From NCBI GenBank assembly GCA_038824665.1, contig JAWBBK010000006.1, positions 11,306 through 75,305 of the forward strand: a stretch of DNA of 64,000 nucleotides, read 5' to 3'. The notes under the pieces were generated by a model. The model saw nothing but the letters and a program-made list of their open reading frames with translations. It ran no database searches and had not been told where the DNA came from. Made by a program: the position numbers and the translations under genes. Source of the DNA: Acidilobaceae archaeon (GTDB lineage: Archaea > Thermoproteota > Thermoprotei_A > Sulfolobales > Acidilobaceae). Numbering within the stretch: the first letter of the stretch is position 1; every line of letters begins with the position of its first letter. Below are positions 58,112 to 64,000 of this stretch, in pieces.

Positions 58112-59263
58112 ATGTCTGACAAGAAAACCACGATCAGCGTTATAAAAGCTGACATCGGGAGCTTAGCTGGTCATCACAGAGTTCATCCAGATTGTATCCT
58201 AGCTGCCAGCAGAGTTCTTGCAGAAGCCAAGAGAAATGGTATAATAAAAAGCTTCTATGTAACCTATGTTGGTGATGATCTACAGTTGATAATGACTCAC
58301 TTCAAAGGCACTGACAGCTTTGAAGTACATGAAGTAGCGTGGAACGCTTTTAAAGAAGCAGCTAAGGTAGCGAAAGACTTAGGTCTCTACGCTGCCGGTC
58401 AGGACCTTCTTAGTGACGCTTTCAGCGGCAACGTTAAAGGCCTAGGTCCTGGAGTAGCTGAAATGGAGATAACTGAAAGACCGTCGGAGCCCATAGTGGT
58501 GTTCATGGCAGACAAGACTGAGCCAGGAGCTTTCAACCTCCCGCTCTACAAGATCTTCGCAGATCCCTTTAATACAGCAGGTCTCGTAATAGACCCAAGA
58601 TTGCACAACGGCTTCGTCTTCGAGGTACTCGATGTATATGAGAGTAAGTCCGTTAGACTCAAGACTCCCGAAGAATCTTATGACCTTCTGGCTCTGATAG
58701 GTACGACAGGAAGATATGTGATCAAGAGGGTCTACAGAAAAGATGGAGAGATAGCTGCTGTTGCGAGTAGTGAAAAATTGAGCCTCATAGCTGGAAGATA
58801 TGTAGGTAAGGACGACCCCGTTATGATCGTACGAACTCAGTCAGGCTTCCCAGCTGTCGGCGAAGTCCTAGAACCTTTCGCGTTCCCTCATCTCGTAGCC
58901 GGCTGGATGCGAGGAAGTCACTACGGTCCTCTTATGCCAGTTAGCATCAGAGACGCAAAGCCTACACGCTTTGACGGACCTCCAAGAGTAGCGGCTCTAG
59001 GCTTTCAAATCAAAAACGGAGAGCTCATAGGTCCAGCTGACCTCTTTGACGACCCAGCTTTTGACGAAGCCCGAAGACAAGCTCAAATGATAGCCGACTA
59101 CATACGTAGACACGGTCCGTTTATGCCACATAGATTAGGTCCTGAAGAGATGGAGTACACAACCCTACCCGAAGTGCTTTCAAGACTTGCCAACAGATTT
59201 GAAAAGTATGAAATGGGCTACAAGCCTATTGTAAAACATGAGAAGACCGAGACTCATGAGTGA
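58112..59263 (+). CDS. fbp: Bifunctional fructose-1,6-bisphosphate aldolase/phosphatase (class V)
   Basis: IKADIGSLAGH, YAAGQDLL, DKTEPGAFN, YVGKDDP, GWMRGSH, RFDGPPR. Confidence 0.98.
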   Translation: MSDKKTTISVIKADIGSLAGHHRVHPDCILAASRVLAEAKRNGIIKSFYVTYVGDDLQLIMTHFKGTDSFEVHEVAWNAFKEAAKVAKDLGLYAAGQDLLSDAFSGNVKGLGPGVAEMEITERPSEPIVVFMADKTEPGAFNLPLYKIFADPFNTAGLVIDPRLHNGFVFEVLDVYESKSVRLKTPEESYDLLALIGTTGRYVIKRVYRKDGEIAAVASSEKLSLIAGRYVGKDDPVMIVRTQSGFPAVGEVLEPFAFPHLVAGWMRGSHYGPLMPVSIRDAKPTRFDGPPRVAALGFQIKNGELIGPADLFDDPAFDEARRQAQMIADYIRRHGPFMPHRLGPEEMEYTTLPEVLSRLANRFEKYEMGYKPIVKHEKTETHE

Positions 59264-59308
59264 GCTTTCTAACGTTTATAGAACCCCTCTTGTCTTTTTT
59301 AATTAGAG

Positions 59309-59384
59309 GGGCCCGTAGCTCAGCCAGGACTAGAGCGTCGGCCTGCGGAGCCGGAGGTCCCGGGTTCAAATCCCGGCGGGCCCG
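59309..59384 (+). tRNA. tRNA-Arg(GCG), CCA not encoded
   Basis: GGGCCCG TA GCTC AGCCAGGACTA GAGC G TCGGC CT GCG GA GCCGG AGGTC CCGGG TTCAAAT CCCGG CGGGCCC G. Confidence 0.97.
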
Positions 59385-59561
59385 CTATTTTTCGAAAAGC
59401 TGTTGGGAACTTCTCTAAACTTTCTTTCTAAACAGCATGTTTATAAAACAACAGAAGTCGATTATTAGAAGTTCGCCTTTAAGCATATAGACTAACGGAA
59501 TGATTATAAAAGCCTTTAACTAGAAGCTTACGATATCGATAAGCTCTCTTAAAAGTCTTCA

Positions 59562-60239
59562 TCAAAGAGCGTTAGCTATAGCTTCTACAAACTCTCTTAG
59601 CTTCAAGCTCGGATTAGAACTCTTCATGATCGCGCTAGCGACCAGCACTCCCGCAGCTCCTAATTCGACAGCTCTTACTACATCTTGTGGAGAGCTTATC
59701 CCAGCTCCTGCAAGCACAGGCATCTCTGGACTCACTCTCCTTACTGCCTCGATCGCTCTTGTGATCACCTCAGGCTTTGCTTTAGACACAGCTATCCCAG
59801 TGCCTATGAGTTCAGGCGGTTCGACAGCTACGAAAGATGGTTTGAGTAACGCTACGGCTGCAGACTCTTCGGGAGTGTCCGCACAAGCTAAGGTTTCAAG
59901 GCCTAAAGTTCGTGCTTTTTCTATTATTTTCTGTACCTCTCTATAGGTCAGCTTATGCTCGCTGTGATTTACTATAGTTCCTCTGATCCCTTCGATCTTG
60001 AGAGCCTCTATAGGCGTGAACCCAGTATGAGCTCCCATATCTATAGCATCAACATGTTGAACAAATATATCGTCGTAGACCTGGAGGAGCTTGAGTGCCA
60101 TAAGAACAGGAGCTCCTAATATAATCCTAAGGTTGTTGTAGTTTGAAGACAATATTGAGGCTTCTTTAGCTAGCTCAAGAGCAGAACGACCGAACGCTGT
60201 CTCGTAAGCTTTCATGTTGATAGCCAATATAAGCTTCAC
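59562..60239 (-). CDS. tpiA: Triosephosphate isomerase (archaeal type)
   Basis: [43 protein letters not shown]; GAGGTG 7 nt before GTG 60239. Confidence 0.96.
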   Translation of the reverse strand: MKLILAINMKAYETAFGRSALELAKEASILSSNYNNLRIILGAPVLMALKLLQVYDDIFVQHVDAIDMGAHTGFTPIEALKIEGIRGTIVNHSEHKLTYREVQKIIEKARTLGLETLACADTPEESAAVALLKPSFVAVEPPELIGTGIAVSKAKPEVITRAIEAVRRVSPEMPVLAGAGISSPQDVVRAVELGAAGVLVASAIMKSSNPSLKLREFVEAIANAL

Positions 60240-61087
60240 TAGTCTGCACCTCGACCTTTCTCTAACCAACATCTATATATCATTTTAGGTATTGTAACTG
60301 CGAGAGTTCCTGCTAAAAAGTAGGAGATTATCGCTACTAGCGAGCTTTCAGTTGCGAAAGCCAAAACCACAACAGTAGCTGCTAAAACGCTACCTAGAGC
60401 TCCTAGAAGAGGTCCAGCTCTTTCTACTCTAATTCTCTGTCTTTCTAAAAACAACTCCGCAAACGAAAAGCCTATCATCACAGCTGGAGGCTCGAGAGCT
60501 CCGTAGCCGACTGAAAAAAGAGCAAGTCCAACTACTCCTAAAGCTAAGGATAGCGCTGTTAGACTTTGAGTCTCTAGTCTTCTTGTGAGTAAGTGAGAGA
60601 CTATAGCGAGAGAGAAGCCTAAGACAAGACCACCAACGACATCTCGAGGATAATGTTCTCCTAAGACTATTCTACTGATAGATACAAGACCTGCTATTGA
60701 TAAAAAAGTCAGAGCTAGAGGACTTGAAGGACTTTTGAGAGCAAGAAACCCCCAGAAAGCGGTCGATCCTGAGGCATGACCGCTAGGAAATCCATAGCCT
60801 TCGCTGAGAGCTTCAGGAGGTCTCGGCATCTTCAATAAGTCTTTAGTCACACCGACTAGAGTGCCCGTTAAAAGTAATGAGAAAGCTAGACCTACAGCTT
60901 CACGTCTATACAGAGAGTGATATACAATAGGAAGAACTGCAACATAGAACTCTATAGAGCCTAGAAAAGAAACCGTTTTCCAAAGGGTCTCTACATGAAC
61001 CTCCAACAGTACGGTAAGCGCAACTGCTATACATAAAGCTACGATCAATAATGAAAAACGCTTCTCAAGACTCTCCTGTGATAACAA
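60239..61087 (-). CDS. PAP2-family membrane phosphatase
   Basis: [28 protein letters not shown]. Confidence 0.92.
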   Translation of the reverse strand: MLSQESLEKRFSLLIVALCIAVALTVLLEVHVETLWKTVSFLGSIEFYVAVLPIVYHSLYRREAVGLAFSLLLTGTLVGVTKDLLKMPRPPEALSEGYGFPSGHASGSTAFWGFLALKSPSSPLALTFLSIAGLVSISRIVLGEHYPRDVVGGLVLGFSLAIVSHLLTRRLETQSLTALSLALGVVGLALFSVGYGALEPPAVMIGFSFAELFLERQRIRVERAGPLLGALGSVLAATVVVLAFATESSLVAIISYFLAGTLAVTIPKMIYRCWLEKGRGAD

Positions 61088-61239
61088 AGTTAGACCCAGG
61101 AGGAAAGTCGTCTAGCCGAAGAGATATAAAATATTGAGCGCCGCTCTAAGCTCAGAGACTCTACACCCACGTGCAGAACTCCAACGCTCTGAACCCTGTG
61201 GAGTTCTTGCCTGAGATAGGCATCACTAACGCCCTGGGT

Positions 61240-64000
<2,761 letters not shown>

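Noticed and set aside
59525-59545. Near-palindrome AGCTTACGATATCGATAAGCT between tRNA-Arg and tpiA
   Set aside because: Single imperfect copy between convergent genes; at most a terminator-like element

Overview
Compact core-genome window from a hyperthermophilic crenarchaeon (Thermoproteota, most like Desulfurococcales/Acidilobales such as Aeropyrum). Support: an Rpo13-like ORF, an intron-split cbf5, TTG/GTG starts behind GGTG Shine-Dalgarno sites, very GC-rich structural RNAs, and a 23S rRNA with no 5S gene after it. Most genes serve translation and RNA processing (rpl15e, rps15, rps3ae, rpl14e, rpl34e, tyrS, EF-1beta, ABCE1, map, Rpp30, Pcc1, Taw1, an RsmB-family methyltransferase, cbf5, secY, adk, cmk), proteostasis (Cdc48, proteasome beta, SppA, a MoxR-DUF4350-DUF58-DUF4129 operon), sugar metabolism (GlmU, two GlmS paralogs, FBPA/ase, TpiA) and phosphate uptake (pstSCA). 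RNA genes are three tRNAs, SRP RNA and the 3' ~2.75 kb of 23S rRNA. No CRISPR array, transposase or integrase was seen. The strongest non-obvious signals are: (1) three genes whose conserved N-termini have no in-frame ATG/GTG/TTG and instead show ACG/ATA/CTG behind a GAGGTG site overlapping the upstream gene end; (2) a 22-nt BHB intron in cbf5 and a 44-nt BHB intron in the 23S A-loop; (3) two unannotated box C/D sRNAs and a further structured RNA; (4) a GlmS paralog lacking the glutaminase residues; (5) an unannotated 59-aa ORF resembling the Sulfolobus ATPase epsilon chain; (6) nucleotide-identical Walker motifs in the two cdc48 AAA domains. All family calls come from motif recognition; no database searches were run.
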